From: an uncultured Verrucomicrobiota bacterium
Lineage (GTDB): Bacteria; Verrucomicrobiota; Kiritimatiellia; JAAZAB01
Assembly: GCA_964491255.1 (NCBI GenBank)
Contig: CAZBGF010000001.1
Location: forward strand, 1-25,887
Direction: 5' to 3'
Length of the DNA stretch: 25,887 nt
Positions 1 to 11,402 of the stretch are shown here, piece after piece; positions within the stretch are counted from its first letter, which is position 1, and each line of letters begins with the position of its first letter. The notes below the pieces were generated by a model. It saw only the letters and a list, made by a program, of their open reading frames with translations. It made no database searches and was not told the origin of the DNA. Made by a program: the position numbers and the translations under genes.

Positions 1-124
1 CGCAAAGATATTTGGATAGTTCTTATATCCTGATTATCCTGTCATCCTGTCAGAAATTCTTCTCTTCTTCGTGGCTTAGCGCCCCTGGCCGACGCTCGGG
101 CAGGCTTGGTGGCTGAGTAGTTAC

Positions 125-2620
125 TCATTTCTTTGATAAACGTTCCAACCGGATTTTGTCCTGTTCCATATGAATCCGCAAACACTGACCCGCGGATAAT
201 TGAATATCCCGCACTTGTTCTCCAGAGCCCGGCAAGAACAACTTACATTCCAAAGCGTCATCAGGATAGGGCAACGGCAGGCAAATCACTCGCATCCCGG
301 CCTGCACAGGTTCGGCGTTCTCCAAGATACTTGCTTTTACCTGTTCTGAACATCTTCCCATGAAGAGCAGAGACGCGCGCCCGCGTTGAAACATTAATGC
401 CATTGACGCTTCTTCTGCCGACCGGTATTTCTCTTTGCTAACGGGATGAAGCACTGTCCAGGTCATGCGTCCATGCAAAACACCCGTATCACCTGCCGTC
501 AGACAGCGAACTGAAATATTCCGTGCACGGGCTGTGGCAATGACATCCTGAAACACCGGCGATCTCATTTTCGTTGATGAACACCAGATTTCCTTAACAG
601 GAATACTACTGATGACTTCCAAAGCACCGCCCGCATGACGGGAATCCGCCCGCGTCAAGACAAGCGCCTTAAGACGATCAACACCCCTGCTGCGCAGTTT
701 TCGCACGATTTTTCGCCCACGGAATCGGGTGCCTGCATTAATAAGAAGATCATCTGACCCCGGCACATTCACAAAGCATACAGGCTGACCATCCATATTC
801 ATTATATCCACTTCAACCTGATTCCGCGCTATAAACAGGCCGACACCCAATGCAACGGCCAGGCTGACCGCTCCAAGAATCCATATCCGTATTCTGCCCA
901 ATACCCACGCAAGCAAGGTTCCAAACCAGATCATCACGCACCAGAATGGCGGTGACCGCACAAAAATATGGCCATATGGAATCCGCGCCATAAAACCGGT
1001 GATTGAAATCAAAAAAGAAACCATTGCCACGTTAGCAAAATTAAATATTTCGCCAAGCCAGGGAAACCATAATCCAAAAAAAATCGAAAGATACCCGGCC
1101 AGCAAAACCAACGTCACAACAGGAATAATCAGCAGATTCGCCAGTAAAGCCACCGGTGAAATCAGATTAAACCAGTATGAAATCAACGGCGTGGATACCA
1201 GCCACGCAGACAGTGAAAAGATGAGACAGAAAATTATAAATCGAATAAAACGCCTGCAAATATTCACAGACTTCGGCTCAGGCTGAAGCCGAAGCGGGTC
1301 GGGTTCCATCACAGGTCCGATAACATGAATGAATTTCGGACATAATACGATAAAGCCGGCAACCACAGCAAATGACAGAATAAACCCATAATCAAACAAC
1401 TGGAATGGAAACATCGCCAGAATAATCAGCATTGCCATTGCCATTGCCGAGGGAATATCGATTTTTCTCATAACCAGTGGCCCGAGTAAACAGACCAAGG
1501 CCATCACACAGCCGCGGATAGCGCTGGATCGCATACCGGTAGAAAGCGTAAACAGGATCAACACTGGCGCAGCAAAAAAAAACCAATTCACCCGGCTGAT
1601 CCGATAACACTGGATAACAGCAATAATAAACAGTGATAAAACAGCAACATGCTGGCCGGATATCGCGAAAATATAATATGTTCCCGTCTCGATGAAATTC
1701 TGCCGGAGCGCATCCGGCAATTCCTGCCGAAAGCCCAACAGCAACGCCTGAACCATGCCAACAACATCCGGCCAACGCGAGATACCGCGCGCAAGAAACT
1801 CCGCGCTTTTATGGCGCATCTTGAAACTCCAATCCATTAAGAAAAACCCCGAGTTAGCCGAAAAATATCCCCGACCGCAGGAAGATTTCCCCCTGGCCGG
1901 CCCGAGTCCGGCGCCCTGGCCGACTTGAGTCGTCTCCCTGGCCGCAGGGCGGCTCTTCGGGCAGGCAGGCAGGTAGGGTTCAGACAAATCAGCTCTGAAC
2001 GTATAGCGGGAATGTATCCATTGCTGAATAGGACGCGTTTCATTTGGACTCGGCGGAAAACGGGCGTGATCTGTCAGCACCCCGGCAAAACGCCAGCATT
2101 CCCCATAACGAAACGGCCGGTCATCAGAACGTCGAATTACTGAAACACGCACCCTGCCTTTTGCACGATGCCACGGAATCAACCGGTGTATAGCTTCCAC
2201 GCGAACCGGAAAGCGCCATGAAATACGGTTTCCATTTCTATATCCGCGGGCCACAGGATCATCGCATACAACTCCAACCAGTTCCACGCTCTCTCGCGGC
2301 TTATTCATTAAGGCATTCAACGACCGGCCGGAAGGGGTATTAAATCGAAGTTCTGCGGCAAACCACGCAATAAAGAATATCGTTAAATAGAGTAACAGGT
2401 TGGCGCAATGGATAAATAAATTCTGAATCTGAGAACCAGGGCCTGATATTAATCTGTTGGAAGTATATCGGAAGCACAATTCAAACGCAATTGAACCCAA
2501 ACACATCAGCGCCGCGCCAGTCATCAACCAGACCAGGGGAACACAATGGATCATTACACCGCACCAGGTTCCCAACATAACGATCAAGGCAATGCCTATC
2601 AATGGACGCCGCATCGTCAT
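125..2620 (-). CDS. comEC: DNA-uptake competence protein ComEC/Rec2 (N-terminal TM + OB-like region, competence membrane domain, degenerate C-terminal beta-lactamase-like domain)
   Basis: 831-aa ORF; competence motifs AISGQHV, SAIRGCVM, DYGFILSF; C-terminal LINAG...LVLTRADSRHAGG resembles the ComEC MBL domain; ATGA overlap with the upstream gene's stop. Confidence 0.9.
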   Translation of the reverse strand: MTMRRPLIGIALIVMLGTWCGVMIHCVPLVWLMTGAALMCLGSIAFELCFRYTSNRLISGPGSQIQNLFIHCANLLLYLTIFFIAWFAAELRFNTPSGRSLNALMNKPRESVELVGVVCDDPVARGYRNGNRISWRFPVRVEAIHRLIPWHRAKGRVRVSVIRRSDDRPFRYGECWRFAGVLTDHARFPPSPNETRPIQQWIHSRYTFRADLSEPYLPACPKSRPAARETTQVGQGAGLGPARGKSSCGRGYFSANSGFFLMDWSFKMRHKSAEFLARGISRWPDVVGMVQALLLGFRQELPDALRQNFIETGTYYIFAISGQHVAVLSLFIIAVIQCYRISRVNWFFFAAPVLILFTLSTGMRSSAIRGCVMALVCLLGPLVMRKIDIPSAMAMAMLIILAMFPFQLFDYGFILSFAVVAGFIVLCPKFIHVIGPVMEPDPLRLQPEPKSVNICRRFIRFIIFCLIFSLSAWLVSTPLISYWFNLISPVALLANLLIIPVVTLVLLAGYLSIFFGLWFPWLGEIFNFANVAMVSFLISITGFMARIPYGHIFVRSPPFWCVMIWFGTLLAWVLGRIRIWILGAVSLAVALGVGLFIARNQVEVDIMNMDGQPVCFVNVPGSDDLLINAGTRFRGRKIVRKLRSRGVDRLKALVLTRADSRHAGGALEVISSIPVKEIWCSSTKMRSPVFQDVIATARARNISVRCLTAGDTGVLHGRMTWTVLHPVSKEKYRSAEEASMALMFQRGRASLLFMGRCSEQVKASILENAEPVQAGMRVICLPLPYPDDALECKLFLPGSGEQVRDIQLSAGQCLRIHMEQDKIRLERLSKK

Positions 2621-3849
2621 AATTTTCGAATAGCTTGAATCCGCTGAAGCACAGGAGGATGACTGTAACTGACAAAAACTTTGAAAGGATGGGGTGTAAG
2701 ATTAGACAGATGATCAACACTGAGCCGTTTTAACGCTGATATCATGGCCTCCGCATTCCCTGCAGACGTGACGGCGTAAGAGTCAGCTTCATCTTCAAAT
2801 CTCCGGGAAATCCAGTTATTAAAAACAGAGATGACTATATCAACAGGAACATAAAGAAACCCAAATAAAAAGAGACCCGCATAAACGGATGATTCGGTCA
2901 TGCGAAAAGCCTCAAAAAGCGGCCGGCAATCAATCAGGAAAGACAACAGGAAAAACATGAGTCCGGTAAAGAGAATGGACAACCCCATATTCTTCAATAT
3001 ATGCTTTTTTTTGTAATGCCCCACCTCATGCGCCAGAATGGAGACTAATTCCATTACAGAAAGTTTCTGAATCAATGTATCGAATAACACAATTCGCCTG
3101 TATTTGCCAAAGCCTGTAAACATGGCGTTCGATTTCGTCGAACGTTTGGACCCATCCATTGTAAAGACCCCTTTCATCTTAAAATCTTGCACTTTCGCAT
3201 AAGACTCAATAGCCTCTTTTAACGGCCCTGGTTCCATTGGAATAAATCGATTGAACAGGGGCAAAATAACGACCGGCGCCAGGAAAAGGATAAACAGTTG
3301 AAACAGGGTCATTCCAACCCAGCAATAGAGCCAGGCCAAACTTCCCGCGGCCTCGAATAGCCATATAATCCCCGCATAAGCAAGACCACCGAGAATCGCG
3401 ATCAACAGCAGACTTTTAAGAATATCCAGAATAAATGTTCGAACGGTTGTACGGTTAAAACCATAGTTTTCTTCAATTACAAATGTTTCATAAGCTGAAA
3501 ACGGAATCAGCACAACATGAGAAATCAAAACCAGCATACCGGCAAACATAAGACCTGTTAAGACAGATCCGAAATGAAAACTCCGTGCCGCCTGATCAAT
3601 CCAGTTGAACCCGCCGGCAAGTATAAAGATTATACTTAACAGTGTTACAGTCACATTGTGCACTATTCCGAAACTCGTTTTATCCTTCAAATACTGTTGA
3701 GACCGTTTATATTTATCAGCATCATAACAGCCTTCAAACTCCCCGGGTAAAACGGTTGATAGATACCGGATATTCAACCAATTCACAAAAATATCCAGAG
3801 CGCATACAGCGACAAGAATAAACAGGACTATCAATAGAAAAACATTCAA
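2617..3849 (-). CDS. M48 family zinc metalloprotease, Ste24/CAAX prenyl protease-like
   Basis: 410 aa, multiple TM helices, HEVGH zinc motif, SRRFEDEAD, HPPVLQRI, GSKRSTKSNAMFTG. Confidence 0.92.
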   Translation of the reverse strand: MNVFLLIVLFILVAVCALDIFVNWLNIRYLSTVLPGEFEGCYDADKYKRSQQYLKDKTSFGIVHNVTVTLLSIIFILAGGFNWIDQAARSFHFGSVLTGLMFAGMLVLISHVVLIPFSAYETFVIEENYGFNRTTVRTFILDILKSLLLIAILGGLAYAGIIWLFEAAGSLAWLYCWVGMTLFQLFILFLAPVVILPLFNRFIPMEPGPLKEAIESYAKVQDFKMKGVFTMDGSKRSTKSNAMFTGFGKYRRIVLFDTLIQKLSVMELVSILAHEVGHYKKKHILKNMGLSILFTGLMFFLLSFLIDCRPLFEAFRMTESSVYAGLFLFGFLYVPVDIVISVFNNWISRRFEDEADSYAVTSAGNAEAMISALKRLSVDHLSNLTPHPFKVFVSYSHPPVLQRIQAIRKL

Positions 3850-3901
3850 GATTGATTCTCCATTAGTAATTGTTCAGGCATTCAACTTTCAACTCATTTA
3901 A

Positions 3902-3966
3902 ATCCGCGCCCATCCGCCCGCCTGCAACGCTGTAGCACTGCGGGCAGGCGTAATCCGCGGTTAAAA
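3902..3966. repeat. Repeat scaffold with a nested 32-nt hairpin
   Basis: Matches the rc of 19990-20021 except for an insert at 3917-3948. Confidence 0.75.
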
Positions 3967-3984
3967 TGCTTTCCTGATTCCCCC

Positions 3985-6072
3985 TCACCTTACCATTTCA
4001 GAACGTTCGGCTACTATCTTCTCTGCAATCGACAACGGCACAGATTCATAACGCTCGAAATGCATTGTTGAAATGCCCCTGCCACTGGTTATTGTGCGCA
4101 GTTCCGAAGAATAACCGAACATTTCCGAAAGCGGAACATGGGCATCAATGATTGCGCTTTTACCCTTTGTACCCAAGTTCACTATCCTGCCGCGTTTCTT
4201 GCGTAAATTACCAGTGAGCGGTCCCGTATAATCCTCGGATGCCGTAACCTCGACACTCATCACCGGCTCAAGCAAATCCAGACCCGCCTTCCGGCATGCA
4301 GCCCTGAAGCACTCTGAAGAACAGCGCCTGAAGGCCTGGTCCGAAGAATCGACCTCATGAAAAGAGCCATCACGTAAAACGACCTTTATATCAACCATGG
4401 GAAATCCTGCGTAAGGTCCTTTTGCCATAACATCCACAACCCCCTTTTCAACGGATGAGATGAACTCTCTGGGTATGCGGCCGCCAACCACCTTATTCTC
4501 GAACTGCAGGCCGGCTCCGGACTCGCCGGGTTCAACAGTTATGCATACATGGGCATACTGCCCCCTGCCGCCGGACTGCTTGGCAAACTTGTATTCATGG
4601 TCAACAGATCCGGAGATGGTCTCCCTGTAAGCAACCTGCGGTTTACCGCATACGACCTGCACACCGAACTCGCGGCGCATTCGGTCGACAAGCACCTCCA
4701 GGTGAAGCTCGCCCATGCCCGATATGATCATTTCCCCTGTTTCTGCATCCGCCTTGACAATGAAAGTAGGATCTTCTTCGGCCAGTTTCGCAAGGGCAAT
4801 GCTCATCTTTTCTCCTTCCCCCTTGCCTTCCGGAGACACCGCCAAATCAACGACCGGTGCCGGAAATTCAATCGATTCCATCACAATCGGGTGTTTTTCA
4901 GAGCAAATGGTGTCACCGGTATGAGTCTCCCCCAGACCGACAACGGCACCTATGCAACCCGCCGAAAGACTTTCCTTAATCAACTTCTTTTCGGCATGCA
5001 TCTCGAAAAGGCGCCCCACCCTCTGGGAAACACTCCTGGAAGAATTATAAACTATCTCCCCAGCTTTCAGCACACCCGAATAAACGCGCACAAAGGCCAA
5101 CTTCCCCATATGCTTGTCCGACTGAACCTTAAACACCAGAGCGGCAAGCGGCGAGTCATCCGACGAATTCCGAATTAACTCTTCGTTCGTCTTATTATGG
5201 GTTCCTATCACCGGCGGAAGATCAACAGGGGAAGGAAGATAATCTATCACGGCATCAAGCAGTTTACGAATCCCTTTGTTCCGGAAAGCGGACCCGCACA
5301 GGACTGGAATAATACGCCCGTCAATTGCCCCCTGTCGCAGTGCCTGAACCACTTCTTCACGCTCAGGCGTTTCACCATTGATGAATTTCTCCATCAGGTG
5401 ATCGTCCTGCTCGCTGACGCATTCGATCATGGCCTCTTCCGCACGGCGCGACTCCTCAAGCATCTGCTCAGGAATAGGTTCCTCACGAAGTTCCACGCCA
5501 TCTTTAGTATCATCGTAATAGATAGCCTTCATGTCAACCAGATCTATTATTCCCTGAAATTTATCCTCCGCACCTATTGGAATCACCAAGGGAATCGCAT
5601 TGCTGTCGAACTCTTTTTTGATCTCCTCGACGACCCCGTAAAAATCGGCACCGATTCTATCCATTTTGTTTACAAAAGCGATTCTCGGAACGCCATATTT
5701 CTCAGCCTGCCGCCAGACCGTCTCTGACTGCGGCTGTACACCGCCAACCGCGCAGAAAAGCGCCACCACCCCGTCAAGAACCCGCAGGGACCTCTCCACC
5801 TCGGCCGTAAAATCCACGTGTCCCGGGGTATCAATAATGTTGACCGTATGATCCCGCCAGCGTGCCGTTGTCGCTGCGGATGTTATTGTGATACCCCTCT
5901 CCCGCTCCTGCTCCATCCAATCCATGGTCGCCTTGCCGTCATGGACCTCACCCATCTTGTAATTCTTACCCGTAAAATAGAGCATACGCTCGGTCACAGT
6001 GGTTTTTCCTGCATCTATATGAGCCATGAGCCCAATATTTCTTATCCTTGATATGTCAGTACCCAATCCCAT
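3985..6072 (-). CDS. fusA: Elongation factor G, stand-alone copy (not in rpsL-rpsG-fusA-tuf context)
   Basis: 695 aa; [26 protein letters not shown]; domain IV loops QSGGRGQY and GSFHEVDSS. Confidence 0.95.
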   Translation of the reverse strand: MGLGTDISRIRNIGLMAHIDAGKTTVTERMLYFTGKNYKMGEVHDGKATMDWMEQERERGITITSAATTARWRDHTVNIIDTPGHVDFTAEVERSLRVLDGVVALFCAVGGVQPQSETVWRQAEKYGVPRIAFVNKMDRIGADFYGVVEEIKKEFDSNAIPLVIPIGAEDKFQGIIDLVDMKAIYYDDTKDGVELREEPIPEQMLEESRRAEEAMIECVSEQDDHLMEKFINGETPEREEVVQALRQGAIDGRIIPVLCGSAFRNKGIRKLLDAVIDYLPSPVDLPPVIGTHNKTNEELIRNSSDDSPLAALVFKVQSDKHMGKLAFVRVYSGVLKAGEIVYNSSRSVSQRVGRLFEMHAEKKLIKESLSAGCIGAVVGLGETHTGDTICSEKHPIVMESIEFPAPVVDLAVSPEGKGEGEKMSIALAKLAEEDPTFIVKADAETGEMIISGMGELHLEVLVDRMRREFGVQVVCGKPQVAYRETISGSVDHEYKFAKQSGGRGQYAHVCITVEPGESGAGLQFENKVVGGRIPREFISSVEKGVVDVMAKGPYAGFPMVDIKVVLRDGSFHEVDSSDQAFRRCSSECFRAACRKAGLDLLEPVMSVEVTASEDYTGPLTGNLRKKRGRIVNLGTKGKSAIIDAHVPLSEMFGYSSELRTITSGRGISTMHFERYESVPLSIAEKIVAERSEMVR

Positions 6073-6090
6073 AAAATTCCTTTCGTTGTC

Positions 6091-6134
6091 CCTTTATGCC
6101 TCTGTGCCTTTGGAGCTTTGTGCCTTTGCGCCTA
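6091..6134. repeat. 8-nt-period tandem repeat (CTTTGTGC-like); inverted copy at 20191-20233
   Basis: CCTTTGCGCCTA (6123-6134) is the rc of TAGGCGCAAAGG (20191-20202). Confidence 0.7.
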
Positions 6135-6156
6135 CTTTTTATGTATATCAATTCCC

Positions 6157-8763
6157 CTACCCCGCAATATCGATAGTCAAATGATCTTTTTTCACGTCAA
6201 TCTTTATCTTCATCCCTTCATTCTTCTCATCCGCCAACAGCTTTCGAGCGATTGGCGTTTCAATATCATGCTGAATAAACCTCTTGAGCGGACGGGCTCC
6301 ATACACTGGATCATATCCCTTTCGAGCTGTAAATTGTTTTGCCGCATCGGTCAATTCGATCGTAATGTGTTTTTCCGAAAGCCGCTGACGCAGTTCATTC
6401 ATCTGGAGTTCCACAATACGAGTGATCTCCTCCAATGTCAACGGCTTGAATAACACAATATCATCCACCCTGTTCAGAAACTCGGGACGAAACTGCGTCC
6501 TGAGGGCATTCATGATCTGTTTGAGGACATCATCTACAATGTGTCCCTTCTCATCAATCCCATCCAACAGAAGATGTGACCCGATATTGCTGGTCATAAT
6601 GACAACGGTGTTTTTGAAATTCACCGTTCGTCCGTGCGAGTCGGTCAGTCGACCTTCATCCAGCAGCTGCAGCAGAATATTGAATACATCCTGATGCGCC
6701 TTTTCGATCTCATCGAACAGCAAGACAGCATACGGCTTGCGGCGAACTGCTTCAGTTAATTGTCCACCCTCTTCATACCCGATATAGCCCGGCGGTGATC
6801 CGACCAATCTTGAAACCGCATATTTCTCCATATATTCGCTCATGTCAATGCGTATCATATTCTCCTCGGAATCAAACAAAGTCAGGGCCAGCGCTTTTGC
6901 TAATTCGGTTTTACCAACCCCTGTGGGTCCCATAAATATAAAGGAACCAATGGGTCTCTGAGGATCTTTTATGCCAGCCCGCGCTCGAAGCACTGCGTCG
7001 GCAACAGCCTGGACCGCTTCATCCTGGCCAATAACACGCTCGTGAAGAACCCGGTCCAGACGAAGCAGTTTTTCCCGTTCTCCCTCCAGCAAACGAGTTA
7101 ATGGAATCTTTGTCCAACGCGAAACCACCTCGGCAATTTCTTCTTCCGTCACTTCTTCTCTCACCAACGGCGTGGTTTCACCATTACCAGCTACCGTCTT
7201 ATTAAGGCCTTTCAACTGCTGTTCCAATTCCGGAATAATGCCATGTCTCAATTCAGCCACCCTGTCCAAGTTGTATTCCCGCTCGGCTTCATCACATTCC
7301 CTGCGGACTTTTTCAATCTTTTCGCGAACCGCCTGCCTCTGTGCCAAAACACTTTTTTCGTTTTCCCATCGTGCCTTCATAGCCCCTGCTTCCGACTTCA
7401 AGTCAGCCAGTTCCTTACGCAGACTCTCCAGACGCTTCCGGCTCGCCTTGTCTTTTTCCTTTTTTAAAGATGCTTCCTCAATTTCAAAACGCATAACCTT
7501 TCGCGTAATTTCATCCAGCTCAGCAGGCATGGAATCGATTTCCGTACGAATCGAGGCGCAAGCTTCATCCATTAGATCAATGGCTTTGTCAGGCAAAAAA
7601 CGATCGCTGATATACCGATTGGACAAAACAGCAGAGGCAACCAGCGCGGCATCCTGAATGCGTACGCCATGATGCATTTCAAAACGCTCCTTCAATCCCC
7701 GCAGAATTGAAATGGTATCCTCAACCGACGGCGCTCCAACAACAATCGGCTGAAACCGGCGCTCCAGCGCCCCATCCTTCTCAATGTGCTCACGATACTC
7801 ATTCAGAGTTGTCGCTCCAATGCAATGAAGTTCGCCGTGTGCCAGCATAGGTTTCAACATGTTACCGGCATCGGATGAGCCCTCTGTCTTTCCAGCCCCG
7901 ACAATCATATGAAGCTCATCAATAAAAAGAATGATCCGGCCTTCAGATGATTTGATCTCGTTTAACACCGCTTTCAGGCGCTCCTCAAACTCACCTCGAA
8001 ACTTAGCTCCAGCCAGAAGCGAAGTCATATCCAAAGCAAACACTATATGATCCTTCAGCCCTTCCGGCACATCCCCGCGAACAATCCGATGCGCCAATCC
8101 TTCTACAATAGCGGTTTTCCCAACGCCGGGTTCTCCAATCAGGACAGGATTGTTCTTGGTTTTCCGCGATAAAATCCGGATTAGACTGCGAATCTCCTGG
8201 TCACGTCCAATAACAGGGTCCAATTTCCCCGAACGCGCTATATCAACAAGATCCACACCATATTTTTTGAGCGCATCATATGTTCCTTCAGGACTGTTGC
8301 TGGTTACTCGCTGATTGCCTCGAATACTTGTCAACGTTTCTAAAAACCGCGCATGGGTTACCCCATTCTCCTTCAAAATACGGCCGGACGGCGAATCTGC
8401 ATCATCAATCATAGCCAGAAGTATATGCTCGACTGATACATACTCATCCTTTAAACGCTTCGCTTCATCTCCTGCTTGAATCAGCAGCCGATTCAAGCGT
8501 TGAGTGACATAAACCCGGCCCGCTTCAACTCCGCTTCCACTGACACGCGGATGCTTCTCCAAAGCCTGTTCTACACCGGCTTTCAATGTAGATACCGATA
8601 TTCCCATACGTTCAAATAATTGAGGAGCCAGGCCATCGGGTTGATCCATGAATGCCGCAAACAGATGTTCGCCATCCACCTCATGATGACCATAACGTTG
8701 AGCCAGGGTTTGCGCGTTACGCAACGCTTCCTGTACTTTTTGTGTGGTTTTATTTATATCCAT
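6157..8763 (-). CDS. clpB: ATP-dependent disaggregase ClpB
   Basis: 868 aa; two AAA+ modules ([16 protein letters not shown]), long coiled-coil middle domain, GARPLKR. Confidence 0.97.
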   Translation of the reverse strand: MDINKTTQKVQEALRNAQTLAQRYGHHEVDGEHLFAAFMDQPDGLAPQLFERMGISVSTLKAGVEQALEKHPRVSGSGVEAGRVYVTQRLNRLLIQAGDEAKRLKDEYVSVEHILLAMIDDADSPSGRILKENGVTHARFLETLTSIRGNQRVTSNSPEGTYDALKKYGVDLVDIARSGKLDPVIGRDQEIRSLIRILSRKTKNNPVLIGEPGVGKTAIVEGLAHRIVRGDVPEGLKDHIVFALDMTSLLAGAKFRGEFEERLKAVLNEIKSSEGRIILFIDELHMIVGAGKTEGSSDAGNMLKPMLAHGELHCIGATTLNEYREHIEKDGALERRFQPIVVGAPSVEDTISILRGLKERFEMHHGVRIQDAALVASAVLSNRYISDRFLPDKAIDLMDEACASIRTEIDSMPAELDEITRKVMRFEIEEASLKKEKDKASRKRLESLRKELADLKSEAGAMKARWENEKSVLAQRQAVREKIEKVRRECDEAEREYNLDRVAELRHGIIPELEQQLKGLNKTVAGNGETTPLVREEVTEEEIAEVVSRWTKIPLTRLLEGEREKLLRLDRVLHERVIGQDEAVQAVADAVLRARAGIKDPQRPIGSFIFMGPTGVGKTELAKALALTLFDSEENMIRIDMSEYMEKYAVSRLVGSPPGYIGYEEGGQLTEAVRRKPYAVLLFDEIEKAHQDVFNILLQLLDEGRLTDSHGRTVNFKNTVVIMTSNIGSHLLLDGIDEKGHIVDDVLKQIMNALRTQFRPEFLNRVDDIVLFKPLTLEEITRIVELQMNELRQRLSEKHITIELTDAAKQFTARKGYDPVYGARPLKRFIQHDIETPIARKLLADEKNEGMKIKIDVKKDHLTIDIAG

Positions 8764-8809
8764 AAAATATTCCTTTCATCATAAATCCGGACAAAAAAAT
8801 AAAGTTAAT

Positions 8810-8990
8810 GGGACGCAGATTTTCGCAGATACACTCAGATAAATTAAGAAAATCTGATTCTTAAAATCCTTTATAATCTGCGTTTATCTGCGTCCAAAAA
8901 AGAAAATTTCCATACGGTGAACTTAATAGGACGCTCGTGCTTCGTAGCGATACTTTGCAGAGTAGCACAGATTCTCGCAGATACACTCAA
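8810..8990. repeat. GGACGCAGAT-type palindromic repeat plus a second half-copy with a nested 34-nt hairpin
   Basis: IR GGACGCAGAT (8811) / ATCTGCGTCC (8886); second copy 8929-8989 shares CGCAGATACACTCA. Confidence 0.75.
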
Positions 8991-9003
8991 AAAGAATCAG
9001 TTC

Positions 9004-11235
9004 TCAGTGAACGTCCTGTTCAATGCCAGACTCGAAAATCCGCTGGAAATCAACATTTTCAGCGGCCATTACAAGCGCCGTCACCGGCATATTATTGGTA
9101 TCGGCAAGCAGCTGCCGGTAATACATACTATAGGTTTCCGGACTTTCCTCGTCTGTCGGATAACGCAATCCCAGAAATACGATAGCAGCGTCTTTCGAAG
9201 AATCACGAATAATCTCAAAAACACTGCGGTTATCTCTAATCAAGACATCAATTTCAGCGCCGATCCGTTCTTTTTTCACAAACGTCAACAGTTGGTTTCG
9301 AGCATCCGCCTGACCTTCGGATGAATCGACTATCATCTTCAACATGAGACGCGACCCTGTCCACCTTGTGCTTTCTTTGATCATATAAGCCAAAGCCAGA
9401 ATGAGAAATATATTTTGAGAACCGCCTCTCCACCACACGTCAATCCGGTTTGACCGGCCACTTTCTTCAATGCTTTCATCACCATGTAGTTCTTCCCGGA
9501 CAATAACCAGATTTTTCTGTGTCCGAAAAACGATCTGGATCAGACGGGCAAACTCCACATAATTCTCGGATTTGGTTGTTTCGCCAATCAGGATTGTGTT
9601 GGGTACAATCGAACCAAACCCGTAATTCTGAATGAGCTGCTGTGCCCCTTCAACGTGATTATCGGCAGAAAAAACATGAACCAGCGCAGACACATCGTGC
9701 TTTTTGAGATACTGCGTGATGGTTTCATTCAGACTGTCCGCCCGTTCAGCCGACCAGGACGTATCCGGCAGCATTGCGGCTACTGTGACAAAGCTCTGCC
9801 CACTCGAGATTGCATCCGCCAATTCGATGAGATACCAACGTTGTGACGGGACTCCACTCAACACCAGAATATTGGGCCGCCATGTCCGTTCATCAAATTT
9901 CTGAGAAGCCATTCGATAAATAATTGAACGTGCCCACAGCATCATAATTCCATATCGCATATCTCCCCAACGGGCACGCAGACTTCGGCGTTTCATCGCA
10001 TAATAAACACCACCGCAAACAACAAAGGCCATTAAAGTTGCTCCGGCATCGATCATCAACATCGTTGCCAGGCATGCAAAAAAACCTACCATGGAAAACA
10101 TGGATGGCACTTTGAACTTGGGCCGCCATGAAGGATTGGAAAGTAGATCTTCAAGACCGGCTGATAAATTCAGCAGGCCATAGGCTGTGAGAAAAAACAT
10201 GGTAATAAGAGGTGCAATCAGATTTAAATCACCCAGCATAATGCCGGCCAATGCGATCAGAAACACTATTGCCGACGCGATACGCGGCTCCTTGCCTTTT
10301 CCATAACACTTTCCAAAAAAACGGAACAACACCCGGTCATTGGCCAGAGCCTGGAGTGTTCGCGGCGCACCGAGCATGCATCCCACGGCACTTGACAATG
10401 AAGCAGCCCAGAGCCCATACAGCACCAAATTGCCCCAGCGAGCCACTTTCTGGAAAACCATCAGATCCGTCAAAAGAATCCTATTATCCTTAACAACAGA
10501 AAACAGAAATATTGGTACAGCCATATAAATCACAAAGCCAGTCAGTACAACTGAGATTGTTCCTAACGGCAAGGATTTTCCTGGATTCTTTAAATCCCCT
10601 GACATGGCCACACCCGACAGTATCCCGGTAACAGCAGGAAAAAACACGGCAAACACAGCCCAGAACGGGACCTTGAAAGGAACATGAGTCAAATCAATGG
10701 AAGAAATATCAGGAGAATGACCCGCAAAGAATGAAACCAGAGAAAGAGCTACCAGGACCATGATGAAAAATTGCGTTCTCAACGCAAAATCCGCTGATAC
10801 ATAAGCCACTAGCGCCAGCACCGCCAAGGTCACTACCCCAACCAGTTTAGGTGAAAGAAAGGGATAAATTGAGACAACTGACTCCGAGAATCCGGATATA
10901 TAAAACGAAATTCCAAGAGCCAGCGCCAGAAAAAGCGGTAAACCAATAGCCGCGCCAATCTCAACCCCGAGGGAACGCGAAATAATGTAGTACGCTCCGC
11001 CGCCGCCGACTTTCATGTTTGTTGCCAATGCTGCGAGCGACAATCCTGTCAAGAACGTAATGGCACTGGCCAGTGTAACAATAAGCAGTGTGCCCGGCAA
11101 ACCAACATTGCCCAGCACCCAACCCATGCGCAGGTACATGATCACACCGAGAACCGTCAGAATGCTTGGCGTGAAAACGCCTTTAAACGTTCCAAAAGAG
11201 TATCCTTTCTGCTGTTCAGAAGATTCTTTAGTCAT
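9004..11235 (-). CDS. Cation-chloride cotransporter (SLC12/CCC-like) APC-superfamily permease with C-terminal cytoplasmic domain
   Basis: 743 aa; FGTFKGVFTPSILTVLGVIMYLR, GGGAYYIISRSLG, FAVFFPAVTGILSG, WRPNILVL. Confidence 0.85.
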   Translation of the reverse strand: MTKESSEQQKGYSFGTFKGVFTPSILTVLGVIMYLRMGWVLGNVGLPGTLLIVTLASAITFLTGLSLAALATNMKVGGGGAYYIISRSLGVEIGAAIGLPLFLALALGISFYISGFSESVVSIYPFLSPKLVGVVTLAVLALVAYVSADFALRTQFFIMVLVALSLVSFFAGHSPDISSIDLTHVPFKVPFWAVFAVFFPAVTGILSGVAMSGDLKNPGKSLPLGTISVVLTGFVIYMAVPIFLFSVVKDNRILLTDLMVFQKVARWGNLVLYGLWAASLSSAVGCMLGAPRTLQALANDRVLFRFFGKCYGKGKEPRIASAIVFLIALAGIMLGDLNLIAPLITMFFLTAYGLLNLSAGLEDLLSNPSWRPKFKVPSMFSMVGFFACLATMLMIDAGATLMAFVVCGGVYYAMKRRSLRARWGDMRYGIMMLWARSIIYRMASQKFDERTWRPNILVLSGVPSQRWYLIELADAISSGQSFVTVAAMLPDTSWSAERADSLNETITQYLKKHDVSALVHVFSADNHVEGAQQLIQNYGFGSIVPNTILIGETTKSENYVEFARLIQIVFRTQKNLVIVREELHGDESIEESGRSNRIDVWWRGGSQNIFLILALAYMIKESTRWTGSRLMLKMIVDSSEGQADARNQLLTFVKKERIGAEIDVLIRDNRSVFEIIRDSSKDAAIVFLGLRYPTDEESPETYSMYYRQLLADTNNMPVTALVMAAENVDFQRIFESGIEQDVH

Positions 11236-11252
11236 ATCTCAAATCGTAACCG

Positions 11253-11287
11253 TTCACGGTTCACAGTTCAAGATTCAAAATTCAGGG
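11253..11287. repeat. Heptamer tandem repeat (TTCAnnn x5)
   Basis: TTCACGG TTCACAG TTCAAGA TTCAAAA TTCAGGG. Confidence 0.7.
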
Positions 11288-11402
11288 TTTACATCATCCA
11301 CATACAGATATATTCTACCCACATATTTAATATTTTCCGGTAGATTCCAGGATACATCAGGCATAGTCAGCCCTCAATCAAAGTAAGCAGAAAGGAATTA
11401 TT

